Source of the DNA: Octopus vulgaris
Lineage: Eukaryota
Reading direction: 5' to 3'
NCBI GenBank assembly: GCA_951406725.2
Contig: OX597835.1
Coordinates: forward strand, 4,712,001 to 4,776,000
DNA length: 64,000 nt
Part shown: in pieces, positions 12,591 through 26,522 of the stretch
Layout: every line of letters starts with the position of its first letter
Numbering within the stretch: the first letter of the stretch is position 1
Position numbers and translations under genes: made by a program
Notes under the pieces: model-generated
What the model saw: only the letters and a program-made list of their open reading frames with translations
What the model was told of the DNA's origin: nothing
Database searches by the model: none

Positions 12591-15535
12591 TGTATAACTA
12601 CAGGGATGACACGCAATCATCAAGCAGAGGCAGAGTCCCTGCTCCATCTCACAAATGCCTCTTTCATGGAGCAAATTGTGCTGCAACCAACCAGGGCAAA
12701 TAATATACTGGATCTCTGCTTCATGGACATCTCTCTCTATATAAATGGCAAAATGTATGTCTGTCTGTGTATGTGCATCCTTATACAAATCCACAATTTT
12801 TTAGTTAGAGGGCTCGCACTCTCTATGGTCATTCAAAACCGTCCAAGGGTGGTCGTGCACATCTTTACATTTCCCCAGTCACCCTGCAAAGCCATTAAAA
12901 AATCAATAGAAATGACTTTTTTGTGAATTTTCTATCCAAAACCCAATCAAAATGCCCAAAATTTGATACGCCAATTGAATGCCAGCTAGCTGTATGTGAT
13001 CGGTCGGAGATTTGGACAGTACTCGCGTGTATGTGTGCACTCACGCAGCTGTATATGTATGCATTAGCACTATGACTCCGCAACGCCGGGTCATAGTGCT
13101 AGTTATCCATAATGTTAAAGTGATGCCGACATTGGTCTCGGATCACAACATAGAGCTGTCTATGTATGGACCAAAAGCCCCCGCAAACGCACAGCCTATA
13201 CGAAGCATCCACAATTTCTCCAAGCTAAACTTTCATAAAGCAAATTGGAAGTTGATTGAGAAAGAGATCCTCAAACAGGATTGGCCTAAATGTCTTTCCA
13301 CACCAGACATTGACATGAAACACAAATGTTTCATGTCCATAATACAAGCCATATGTGACAAATGTCCCAGTGTGCAGGGCCAGCACACACAAAAACAGGA
13401 TCCCTAAAGAAAGGAAGATTCTTATGAGACAACAGACAAGGATTGCGAACCGCCTGAGAAGCACACCAGAAGTGGTGAGAAGTCTCGCCTCGAGAGAATG
13501 CTAATGGAAATTGAGAAAAGTCTGCATCAGTCCCATGAAAAGGAGAGAGCAGATAAAGAAGCTTGGGTAATAGAAAATATCAACTCAAACCCTAAAGCTT
13601 TCTTTAAGTTTGCCAAAGAGACAGCCACAATGCGCCAGAGGATAGGACCTCTCTTCCAAAAAGATGGTTCCCTCACAGGAAATCCCACGAGGGTAAGTGA
13701 AATACTGAACGAACAGTTCCAAAGTGTGTTCACTACACCTCTAGGACACAGGCAAGTAAACAAAGCAGAAGAATTCTTTGCCACTTTACCTGTAGCCAAA
13801 GAAGCAAAAATTGAGTACATCAACATTGAAGATGATGATATCATACTGGCCATAGATGAGATTGACACAAACTCAGCTGCTGGACCTGATGGATTTCCAG
13901 CGATCCTTCTCAAATCGTGCAAACGAGCCCTTGCAAAACCGCTACAGCTTCTTTTTCAGAGCTTTCTTGCAAGTAGTAAGCTTCCAGTCAAATTGAAAGA
14001 AGGGATAATATGCCCTATCCATAAGGGAGGAAGCAGAGCAGATGCTAAAAATTACAGGCCTATCTCTCTGACCTCACACATCAGCAAAGTCATGGAACGA
14101 ATAGTCCGCAAGAAACTAATCATGTTCCTTGAAGAAAATGACTTGATGACTGACACTCAGCATGGATTTCGACCAGGTAGAAGCTGTCTAACACAGCTCC
14201 TGCAACACTATTACTGGTTGTTAAAACAGCTACTAAATGGCTCAAGTGTGGATGTGATATATCTCAACTTTGCAAAAGCCTTTAATAAAGTCGACCATGG
14301 TATGATCTGTCACAAACTGCGTGATCTCGGCATAGGAGGAAAACTTAGAGAGTGGCTGCACAACTTCCTAAAAGATAGAAGGCAGGCAGTGGTGGCCAAT
14401 GGAGCCACCTCAAAGGAAACACAAATAACAAGTGGTGTTCCACAGGGCACTGTCTTGGGGCCACTGATGTTCATAGTGGCCCTTTCAGACATGCCCTCAG
14501 TTGCTGGCCACCCTTGCTAGCTATGCAGATGACACAAAAGTCTCTCACACAATACAAAACCCTGGAAATATTGCATATCTGCAACGGGAGTTGGATACAA
14601 TATACAGGTGGGCTGAGGACAGCAACATGCAGTTTAATGCAGGTAAGTTCCAAGCCCTGCGCTACCGGCACACAAAGGTGAACGACATGCAAACTGGATA
14701 CACTGGCTCGGGAAGAATTGTAATTCCTGAGTCAAAATCAGTGCGTGACCTGGACATTGACATGAGCAATGATGCATCTTTTCAAGTGCATATTACTAAT
14801 TTAGTAATGAAATGCAGACGGCTAGCTGGATGGATTCTCCGAACTTTCAGAACAAGAGAGAAGGAGACACTGATGGTCTTTTGGAAGACTTTCGTCCTCA
14901 GCCACTTGGACTCCTACTCCCAACTATGGTTACCACACAATATAAAGTTAACAGCATAACTCGAAGCAATCCAACAAAGCTACACAAAGAAGATCGTCTC
15001 AATGCAACATATCACCGACTGGGAAAGACTATGCAGCATATAAGCTATTGGGTAAGACTCAAGAGATTAAGACTCTATTCCTTAGAGCGTAGGCGACAAA
15101 GATATGCCATAATGTACATCTGGAAGATCCTGGAAGGACTTGTCCCAAACATTGGCATCGAGAGTTACACAAATACAAGAACTGGGCGCCACTGCATGGT
15201 GCCAGGGACTCCAAATTTGCTCTCAGGACAAGATACTGCAATAGCCTGGGCTTCAGCGGTCCACAGCTCTTTAATATCCTCCCGAAGGACCTAAGAGACC
15301 TGCATGGGATGGATGTAGATGTGTTCAAAATAAAGCTGGACCTTTTCTTGTCAGGTGTCCCAGATGAACCAACTTCGCAGCAGGAGGTGCAGATGAGGGC
15401 AGCTGCATCAAACTCTCTCATGCACCAAATGTCAATTGCTAAAAAGCATTGGTGAAGTAAAATCATGTAGCAACACCAAAAGGCGGTGCCCCAGCATGGC
15501 CACAGCTCGTGAGCTGAAATAGATGAAATAAAAAA
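12590..15535 (+). mobile_element. CR1-group LINE (APE C-terminus + RT + 3' UTR), interrupted by a Helitron
   Basis: PTRANNILDLCF, SDHN, AAGPDG, NYRPISLTS, QHGFRPGRSC, GVPQGTVLGP, YADDTK; 3' tail GGCGGTGCCCCAGCATGGCCACAGCTCGTGAGCTGAAA; several frameshifts. Confidence 0.93.
12730..13102 (+). mobile_element. Non-autonomous Helitron inserted in the LINE
   Basis: 5' TCTCTCTCTATATAAA; 3' CCGCAACGCCGGG..CTAG; A|T target; removing it restores LINE frame MDIIHNVKV. Confidence 0.85.
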
Positions 15536-15544
15536 TTTACAAAT

Positions 15545-15557
15545 ATGTATATGTATG

Positions 15558-15599
<42 letters not shown>

Positions 15600-15975
15600 T
15601 TTATGTATATATACATTTATATATACATACATTTATATATATATACATATATACACATTTCTATATACAAACATTTATATATATACATATATACACATTT
15701 CTATATACAAACATTTATATATATATACATATATACACATTTCTATATACAAACATTTATATATATATACATATATACACATTTCTATATACAAACATTT
15801 ATATATATACATATATACACATTTATATATACAAACATTTATATATATACATATATACACATTTATATATACAAACATTTATATATACATATATATAAAC
15901 ATATATATATATACATATATATATACATATATATATACATATATATATACATATACATATATATACATATATATA

Positions 15976-16006
<31 letters not shown>

Positions 16007-16350
16007 ACATATACACATATATATATATACATATATACATATACATATATACATATATATACATATACATATATATATATACATATACACATATATATAT
16101 ATACATATACACATATATATATATACATATATACATATACACATATATATATACATATATACATATACACATATATATATATACACATATACATATACAC
16201 ATATATATATATACACATATATAAACATATACACATATATATACATATATACATATATATATATACATATATACATATATATATATATATACATATATAT
16301 ATACATATATACATATATATATATATATACATATATATATACATATATAC

Positions 16351-16381
<31 letters not shown>

Positions 16382-16877
16382 CATATATACATATATATAT
16401 ATATATACATATATATATACATATATATATATACATATTTACATTTATACATATACATATATATATACATATATATATATATACATATTTACATTTATAC
16501 ATATACATATATATATACATATATATATATATACATATTTACATTTATACATATACATATATATATATATATACATATTTACATTTATACATATACATAT
16601 ATACATATATATATACATATATATATATACATATATATATATATACATATACACATTTACATTTATACATATACATATATACATATATATATACATATAT
16701 ATATATACATATATATATATATACATATACACATATATATACATATATATATATACATATATATATACATATACATATACATATATACATATATATATAT
16801 ATATTTACATTTATACATACATGCATTTATATATACATCCATTTATATATATATATATATATTTATATATAGATACA

Positions 16878-16912
<35 letters not shown>

Positions 16913-16948
16913 ATATATATCTATGTATATCAATGTATACATATATAT
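15545..16948. repeat. (TA)/(TACATA) microsatellite-minisatellite array, including a ~40-bp unit at 15600-15900
   Basis: Direct reading. Confidence 0.95.
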
Positions 16949-17070
16949 AGTTAATCCAAACAAGAAAGCACAAAATAACACAACAACGCGAGGACGTGGA
17001 ACAAATATAGTATTATTATTGGACGCTCAGGAAAGAAGGAGGGATTAACGTTTCGAGCGGAGCTCTTCAT
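16949..17070 (-). mobile_element. Short PLE-terminus-like repeat with a truncated hammerhead core
   Basis: Minus strand ATGAAGAGCTCCGCTCGAAACGTTA..TTTCCTGAGCGTCC; second copy at 50143-50236, related piece at 41221-41305; all beside (TA)n. Confidence 0.6.
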
Positions 17071-17072
17071 TG

Positions 17073-17439
17073 ATAGATAGATAGATAGATAGATAGATCA
17101 TACATATATATATATATATATATAAATGAAACGTTTCAAGTAGCTATATTCGTGCACGTGCACGCACCTTGACGCGTGCGCGCATCTATCTATCTATCTA
17201 TCTATTTATCTATAAATCTTTATATACACATAAATATATCCATATTCATACACGCACACACACACATGTACATAAATATATGTGCATATACTCATACATA
17301 CATATATCGATAACAATGACCATTTGATACATTATGTGCAACATGTAAGAAAAACTGTTGTGTTTATATATATTTATATATACATGTATGTGTGTGTGTG
17401 TGTGTATGTGTAATGTATATATGCATTCAAGAATGCATG

Positions 17440-17478
<39 letters not shown>

Positions 17479-17519
17479 GTATGTAGGTAGGTAGGTAGGT
17501 AGGTAGGTAGGTAGGTAGG

Positions 17520-17566
<47 letters not shown>

Positions 17567-17680
17567 GTAGATAGATAGGTAGATAGATAGGTAGATAGAT
17601 AGGTAGATAGATAGGTAGGTAGATAGGTAGATAGGTAGATAGAAAAATAGATACATACATATATACATGCATGCATACAT
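17073..17680. repeat. (GATA)n/(GGTA)n and mixed microsatellites
   Basis: Direct reading. Confidence 0.9.
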
Positions 17681-18354
17681 AAGTAACTATAAGAATTTCA
17701 AGCTAAAAACTTTAGCCAAATAAAGAATTGCGACTCACTCATTATCTGTAGCAAATATTGTCTGGTAATATCTGCGATTTGATATTCACTTGTTTTTATT
17801 CCATATATGGCAAGTGCGTGAGTGCGGAGAAATAAAAAATGCCAATAAAATTAGATGGAAGGAGCAGAAGTGACGTTGCCAGAAAATGCGGCTGACTTTG
17901 GTTGATGCTTGGCTTCTTAGCGAGTGGCCCGAATTACTACTACTAACTGTCGGTACATTGGTAAACTAGTGTAGTTTGGAAGAGACAACTAACGCCTGTG
18001 ACACACTGCAATTTAACTGACAATTGTACTTGACATTTAAAATGGATTAACTATTATGTTGATAATGACAATCTTCTTTGATTCAATGGCGCAAACTTTT
18101 GTTTTAAAATGTTAGAATTTGAAATAAAACTTCCCTCAAAATATGTGTGTGTGTGTATGTAAGTGTGTGCAAGTGTGTATGTTGGTATGTGTCTGTGAGA
18201 GAGAGAGAGAGATGAAGGAAACTGTAATATTATCAGCATATTTTAAAATAAAACATTAACTGCTTACAAGTTGACAATGCTGTTTGTAGCCTTCCATAAA
18301 GAAACTGTTATTATTCGCGCCGGACCAAAATGTTTTGTGACATTTCTTCCACTT

Positions 18355-18510
18355 CTTAACGTGCTGAGCTGAAATGCCGCCAAGGTCGACTTTGCCATTC
18401 AAACTTTCGACGTCGATTATTTAAAAAAAGTTCCAGCAAGGCACCAGGGTTGATGTATTCGACTTCTCCCCTCTCGTCAAAATTGCTGGCCGTATGTCAA
18501 AATCGGAAAG
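18355..18510 (+). mobile_element. SINE family B, diverged fragment
   Basis: CGCCAAGGTCGACTTTGCC..TTTCGACGTCGAT..AAATTGCTGGCC. Confidence 0.65.
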
Positions 18511-18653
18511 GTTTATTATCGACTTAGAAATATTGTTGAGGAATTTCTCTAGCGCAAATATTCCTCAATATTCCACAGACTTCTTCGTCGGTGCCACTCT
18601 GTTGCATGTCCCTACTTTTTCTGCTTGTATATTAAGTAATTGTAATAGGTAAG

Positions 18654-19050
<397 letters not shown>

Positions 19051-19786
19051 ATGCTCTTCCTGGTGATTAACTGTAAGGTTTCCCCGTCCTGAAAATAACT
19101 TTCATTTAGTTCGCTGCTATTAACAGGAAAACAAAAACAACAACTTAGATTTACCTAAAAACAAAAGCAAAACAATACATACCAGTAAACATGCTCAACA
19201 TATAAAAAACACATTCTACTTACGCAAATTAATCCAATGACGAAGAAAGCGGTTTCACCTCTGACAGAAAAATGCTTACGAAAAGCATGTTTTCCTTTTA
19301 TATTATATTATTCAGTGATTCATTTATTTATTTATTTATTTATTTATTTATTGGCTGTGGCTTGTCTGTGGGTGTGGAAAAGAATGTCTTTAGGTAAACT
19401 AATCCATACGTTTTACAGCGTGACATTTTCCGGTATTCGGCAGCTTCGAGTTCAAATTTCACAAAAAGACTATATGTTTTGTCTTTAATCATTTCGGAGT
19501 GACAAATAAAGCCCCAGCCCTGTACTAGAGTTGATTCTCTCCCCGCCCCACCCTACATTCTTTCTCTTCCGCTTTTTAATTTACCTGTAATTTCAAAAAA
19601 AAAAAAAATCTGCCTGTCATATTTTGCTATTCTGTACGATTAATTACGTATATGTGTCTATGGAACCCTTAACCATTTTTCACGTTAATTTCGCCAGTAA
19701 AACTTCAAATAATTGAACGACTGAATGCTCTTCGTCGATAACGACGAAGACTTCATTTGACAAAGGGCAGGGTCAAATGTCCTGCC

Positions 19787-20185
19787 TGGCGAGCTGGCAG
19801 AAGCGTCAGCACGCCGGGTGAAACGCAAAGAGGTATTTCGTCTGCCGTTACGTTCTGAGTTCAAATTCCGCCGAAGTCGACTTTGCCTTTCATCCTTTCG
19901 GAGTCGATAAATTAAGTACCAGTGACGCACTGGGGTCGATCTAATTGACTTAATCCGTTTGTCTGTACTTGTTTGTCCCCTCTATGTTTAGCCCCTTGTG
20001 GGTAGTAAAGAAATAGGTATTTCGTCTGCCGTTACGTTCTGAGTTCAAATTCCGCCGAAGTCGACTTTGCCTTTCATCCTCTTGGGGTCGATAAATTAAG
20101 TACCAGTGAAACGCTGGGGTAGATGTAATCAACTAGTCCCCCTCCCCCCAAATTTCAGGCCTTGTGCCTTTAGTAGAAAGGATTA
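19787..20185 (+). mobile_element. SINE family B head-to-tail dimer
   Basis: GGCGAGCTGGCAGAA (box A), GAGTTCAAATTCC (box B), GTCGACTTTGCCTTTCATCCTTTCGG-GTCGATAAATTAAGTACCAG (resembles the Meta/Sauria-type central domain); second unit starts at GGTATTT (~20016). Confidence 0.85.
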
Positions 20186-20205
20186 TCATTATTGTCGTTG
20201 TTGTG

Positions 20206-20495
20206 ATGACGCATGGCCTTGTGGTTAGAGTGCTGTACACACGATCATGAAATCGTGATTTCAGTTTCTAGACCGGGTGGTGTGTTGTGATCTTGAGCAA
20301 AACAATTCCTCTCACGCTGCTCTGCGATCACTTCGATACGTGGCACACCGTGGCACCTGTTCAGATAACGTCAATTTGATGGAGAGAGTGAGTTTAAAGT
20401 GTGGCACATATATATTTGATCACAATAAACAAATCATTTGTGCTGGTCGTTCGTCAAGTTGAACCCTCATGCATCGTCTTCGAGTCCAGAAATAA
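20206..20495 (+). mobile_element. tRNA-derived SINE (family D), diverged
   Basis: TGGCCTTGTGGTTAG box A, degenerate box B, CTTGAGCAA; ends in (AAT)n. Confidence 0.6.
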
Positions 20496-20496
20496 A

Positions 20497-20561
<65 letters not shown>

Positions 20562-20639
20562 TGATGATGATGATGATGATGATTCATTTTGACGGCATGC
20601 ACTGCTCCCTCACTTGATAATAATAACAACAACTACAAT

Positions 20640-20723
<84 letters not shown>

Positions 20724-20800
20724 CTCTCCAGTCAGCAGCCGGAGTCGTAGAAACGCTAATGCAACCCAGCAGAACAACTGAAAAATAATAATAATAAATC
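20496..20800 (+). repeat. (AAT)/(GAT)/(AAC) array holding two tiny R4/Dong-like 3' tips (20590-20615, 20724-20782)
   Basis: GGCATGCACTGCTCCCTCAC matches the reverse complement of 57825-57846. Confidence 0.6.
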
Positions 20801-21230
20801 TAGAATATGTACAATTTCTTGTGAGTATTTTAAATTTCCTTCAACAATTTCTTGTAAATATTATAAATAACTCTCAAAAAACTAGAATATCTACAATTTC
20901 TTGTGATTATTTAAAAATTTCCTGCAAAACAAGTTGAAAATCTTGCATATCCACAATTTTCTCTGGCCGAACACACAAACGATGATGTTCAGAAACTTTG
21001 AAACTTTAATACCTACAACTTTCTATGAATACCTGTCCTTTTCCTCAATATTCGAAAATGTAAAGTTCCTTTTAGTACCAGAACACTGCAGCTCCCTCTG
21101 GCCGAATACACAAACGATCATCATTAGAAAATTAAAAAGGTTTAATAAGTACAATTCTCTGCGAAACTTTTGCCCTTCTTTTCTCCTTGGTTACTCGAAT
21201 ATGTGAACGTACCTTCTATTGCAACAACAC
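20800..21230. repeat. Degenerate tandem repeats (~80-bp and ~135-bp periods)
   Basis: CTAGAATAT.TACAATTTCTTGTGA twice; CTCTGGCCGAA.ACACAAACGAT at 20961 and 21096. Confidence 0.7.
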
Positions 21231-21455
21231 TATTAAACACACATCAAAAATTTCGGTTTAATGTTTACAATATTACTTGGAAACGAAATTTAAAAGATAG
21301 TGCAACGGGTGTAAACAAAATGCCTAGGTAACGAATATGAAAACAAAAATGTGCAGAAAGCAACGAGGCTGGGGTGGAGAGAGGACTTCTGAAAGTTCAC
21401 AAGATCCGGGTTTGTCGCCAATAACTTTGAGGAAAATAAATATCTTTTAGTGAAA

Positions 21456-21962
21456 TCTCTATATATAAAACTGTAGTTGTGTGAGTGTCTGTCCCCTTCG
21501 ATTTAGATTCCTAACTACTCCCACATTTTGCGGTGCAGTTTAACCAAATTCGGGTATCTTATAGTCGTGATTCATATCGAGCCCGTCTGAGTATTAGCGC
21601 GCGTCTACGATGAGTACGATTTAAAAAATAATTTAACATAATTTTTTATTCCATTTTAATGCATAATTTTTCGTGTGTCGATGGCGGCGGAGTTGGCGTC
21701 CATGGTCACACCTGTACCTGTTTGCTTCTCCCCTTCTTCCCTCCCTCGTGAAGCTGTGGGGAAGGGAGTGTAAGGAAATCAACGTCGTAAAGCGTTGTCA
21801 AGGAGACCAGCGTTCTTTTAGAACAACTTCATGGCTTGAAGACACCAAAACAGAAATGGCTAAGAAAGCCCGAATTGGCATCTATAAGGGAAGTAATTCT
21901 CTAAAAATGCTTATATAGTTATTTCCGTTACAAACCCGAGCAACGCCGGGCGATACTGCTAG
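21456..21962 (+). mobile_element. Non-autonomous Helitron
   Basis: 5' TCTCTATATATAAA; 3' CCCGAGCAACGCCGGG hairpin + CTAG; A|T target without TSD. Confidence 0.88.
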
Positions 21963-22427
21963 TTGTATATAAATACTTATCAAGCGATATGCATTACGGA
22001 TTCCTAATGTGTCGTAAACTCCTTATTTTTGTCTGGAAAAAAGGGCGGGGTGCGGAATTATTGGAAAACTTTTTCTTTTTTTTTTGATGGATGAATTACG
22101 GTGACCTAATAAGTCACAAAACACTCTTTTTTTGTACAGAAAACGGAGGCCGTTTCTTTCTTTAAAAATTCGTTAAATCTTTACAAGTGCCTCTTTACCA
22201 TAACCAGGAATCCAAAGAAACATTTTTTTAAAACATGCGTTTTTGAAGGTGAGATGCGAAACCGCGTTAGTACCCTTTCTTTACTCGTATTTTAAAATAA
22301 TATTTTGCAGAAACACGTTTTCTAGAGTGTTGATCGCATTAGATTGAAAATTCAAACAAGCTTGGAAAGAATAATAAGTGAAAATGCTGAAGTTATAAGA
22401 ATTAGTGGTAAAAGTGTCTGGACAGGA

Positions 22428-22553
22428 AAGAGAACCGATAGAATAAGTACTAGGCTTACAAAGGATAAGTCCTGGGGTCGATTTCCTCGACTAAAGGCGG
22501 TGCTCCAGCATGGGCACAGTCAAATGACTGAAACAAGTAAAAGAGTAAAAGAG
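22428..22553 (+). mobile_element. SINE family A 3' fragment
   Basis: ACCGATAGAATAAGTAC..GGTGCTCCAGCATGG..GACTGAAACAAGTAAAAGAGTAAAAGAG. Confidence 0.9.
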
Positions 22554-23164
22554 TATACCCCCAGACCGAAATAACAGCCAAATCTTACTCAACTGCGATA
22601 ACATAATGTAATCAATCTACTCACCTTTCTGCAAAGAGTTCTTTCAGAGTAATTTCCCGCAGTAAGATGTCAATGTAATTTATGTGAAATTAAAGTAGCT
22701 TTTTAAAAAACTTTTTTCGAATTTTTTTTTCCATCTACGTCGGAAAATACGGAGATTAAGAATATGGCCAATATAAACACAAATTCAAATTTTAATTTCA
22801 AATTCTTTATGAAAAACTCCGACGCAAAATTCCCCCCTCCTCGCCATCCCGCTGCCTAATAGTGAAAATGACCGGGTTTTTGTCTATTTCACATGAATTT
22901 GAAATTTTGAAAATGCGATTTTTGAATTTTTTTTGTTTTTTTTTTTTGTGTTTTCAGAATCGGATCCTCCATAACCAAAAACGTGGGATTCCGCAAAAGG
23001 AAAAAAAATCAATATATATCCATTTTACCGAAAATTATGATGGCAAAATCGGATCTTGTGAATTTTCCGAAAGTCCTCTCCCCACTACACCAGGATCGTT
23101 AGCGCAAATTTTGTTTTTCGTATTCGATTTCGTCACACTTGTTAACACCCACCAGGCTCTCTCT

Positions 23165-23630
<466 letters not shown>

Positions 23631-24136
23631 CCGCTGGTTTGTTATTTTTTTTAGTTCACGAGTGAAGATCATTATAATGACCGAAAATTCTACATATCGA
23701 CAATTTTCCCTGGCAGATCACACAATCGACATCGATCACTTTTAAAAAACTTTGAAACACTCGGAGATAAACAACTAACTGACTGCTAATATATACAAAC
23801 TGCGAAGTTATGAAAACTAAACCACTGTAAAACCTATAAAAAGGCAAGAAAAATTTAACCACGTAAATATCAATATGTGTATATATGTATGTATATGTGT
23901 GTGTGTGTGTATATATATGTGTGTGTGTGTATATATGTGCGTGTGTGTATTATAATTGTTATTTTTTTCTATCCGTAATTAAAACAAAACAGGGTGTGTT
24001 GGCCCTTTCCAAGGCCAAGGGCAGCCCCTCTCATCGGGCGCCTTTGACCTCTTGCTGATTGCAAAGAGTGTGATGCTTCTTTTGCTTCCTGGTCGCACTA
24101 CACCTGCTGCTATTGCTGCTGCTGCTGCTGCTACTG

Positions 24137-24173
<37 letters not shown>

Positions 24174-24334
24174 GATAATAGTGATTAGCCTGGAGACAAA
24201 CATACGTGCAACAGCGTTTACATCCTGCTGACAGAACATACAATCCCGTTACCAAGTCTACCACGGCTGCCACCAACGCCATCGCCATTCCACTGGAAGT
24301 AGCTCCGAGATTGCATGATGACTCTGTCTCCCTG

Positions 24335-24397
<63 letters not shown>

Positions 24398-25520
24398 CTG
24401 TCAATTCAATATCTACCTCTTTCTGCGATGCTACATGAATTCTGTCGGCCTACCATTTGACACCTTCCAATTGGCAGGTCATGACACGAACTAATTTAAA
24501 ACTTCTCAAAATAAAAATTCCCCACCTACCAGAAAATGACGATGCCTGGGACCTCTGAACCTTACCCAAGGAACCAGACAACTGGTTAAGCCTGTGTGCT
24601 TATAGCACGACCCTGGATACCAACTATAGAAATAACCCCTAGAACCCGTGGCGTTCAAAGAACGCGTTCATCAGTGACTTTAGGTTCTGGCAGTGAGCTC
24701 GAAAAGTCTTTAAATCAGGACCAACCTCCTGAAGAACCTGTAGCAAATCAAACCAGAGATATTCACGAAACTGACGCTCAGGATCAACTACCAAAACTAT
24801 CTCAAAGAAATAGAAATACAAGACAGAAATAGACTAAGGAGGAATATATCGAAGTTATGCATGCTTATTATTATTCAACACTAAACCCAGAAACATCAAC
24901 CACACAAAAAGAGACCTACAATATCTGGAGATGCAAAGACCCGCATAGCAGGCTGTGCCTGGACAGTAATATACTAGGGGCTGTGAGACGTGATATCCTA
25001 AAAATTAAAAGACTGACTGCAAAATTGACAAAATAGTCAGATCAGTCAAAAGACAGTTTAGTATAACACACACTCACTTATACCCACAGGCAAACAGCTC
25101 TGAAATCCATAAGTCAAACCAGCAAACTAGGTACACAGAACCCTATGAAGGTGGAGCATCAGTTGATACTAAAGACATTATAAATGATCAGGTCAGCAAT
25201 GAATTATTTGATGGAATACTAGAACAATATCTAATAGAGCTACATCACGCTTTCCACGAAAGAGCCGCACTTCCGAAAATCATTAAAACTAATAAGAACA
25301 GCAAGCAATCAATGAAGTTGAACAAGCACTTGGAAAGCTGATTCGACAACTCCTTGAGAATAGTAGAGAAAACGCCCCTGGGGTGATTGACCGACTCATT
25401 TACTCAGCTGCTTATGTTGCAACTCAGAAATGCGGTATTAAAAGTAGAGATAGACAACAAACAGTGCAAAGTACACAAACAGCTTCCATGGATGGAAAAA
25501 ATAAGCCGGCAAATAAGTTC

Positions 25521-25928
25521 AGTTAAGTTCAGTTAAGTTAATTTTTTGGCTCAAAAAGCAAAAAGCAAGGCCATGTAGGGGGACATGGAGTTATGTACAG
25601 GGGTGTTCATGCAAAGAGTTCAGGCCATTTCTGGTCAAGAGAGACTTTGAACCGAGCGGTCGTCGGCATCTTCACTATCTCGTCTGGCAGCTTATTCCAC
25701 GGATCCGCAACCCGGACGGAGAAAGCCCCTCTCCTTCGATTGAGATGAAATCGTCGCAGATAGAGCTTTTCGGAGTGACCCCGCAGCCTACGCTCTAGAG
25801 CAGGAGTGAAGAACAGCTCTTTCGAAAGGTTACATTTTCCGCTTATGATGTTGTGAGATCACCACGGCGTCGTCGTTTTTCTAGAGAATAAAGGTCGAGC
25901 GTCTTCATCCTTTCTTCATAAGACAAAT
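25521..25928 (-). mobile_element. Canonical CR1 LINE 3' fragment nested in the R4 element
   Basis: YEERMKTLDLYSLEKRRRRGD..RLRGHSEKL..FSVRVADPWNKLP..FKVSLD; short tandem-repeat tail. Confidence 0.88.
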
Positions 25929-26204
25929 CCAGCTAAGAGCAGATATATCTTTTCTAGTTGAAGCAGGCAAAGGGAAAATTAATAAACCCAACAAACTAAT
26001 AAGAATAATTGTTAAACATTACCTTTACCTGAAAACAAAGGATAGACAGACTGACAGACGCTTTACAAGCATGGACTTGACAGAGCAAAAAAATTGGTAC
26101 TACCACCAACACGAAGGCATCATCGAAAATGACAATGCAAAGATCCTGTGGCATTTTATGATTCAGTGCGATCCTGAGATAGAGAATAGGAAGCCGGGCA
26201 ATGC

Positions 26205-26522
26205 TCTTTTACTCTTTTACTTGTTTCAGTCATTTGACTGCGACCATGCTGGAGCACCGACTTTAGTCGAGCAAATCGACCCCGGAACTTGTTCTTTGTA
26301 AGCCCAGTACTTATTCTATCGGTCTCTTTTGCCGAACCGCTAAGTGACGGGGACGTAAACACACCAGCATCGGTTGTCAGGCAATGCAAGGGGGGGCAAA
26401 CACAGACACACAAACACACACAAACATACATATATATATACATATATACGACAGGCTTCTTTCAGTTTCCGTCTACCAAATCCACTCACAAGGCATTGGT
26501 CGGCCCGGGGCGATAGCAGAAA
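26205..26522 (-). mobile_element. SINE family A, head deleted
   Basis: Sequence match to family A. Confidence 0.9.

Noticed and set aside
15545-17048. Long ORFs such as the 497-aa YIYI/HTYI proteins, and the many similar MYVC, LSIY, poly-I/L/N ORFs
   Set aside because: Translations of microsatellites, not genes
23995-24060. Minus-strand CCGATGA..GGAAA hammerhead, or plus-strand HDV ribozyme
   Set aside because: Stems do not close in the required topology
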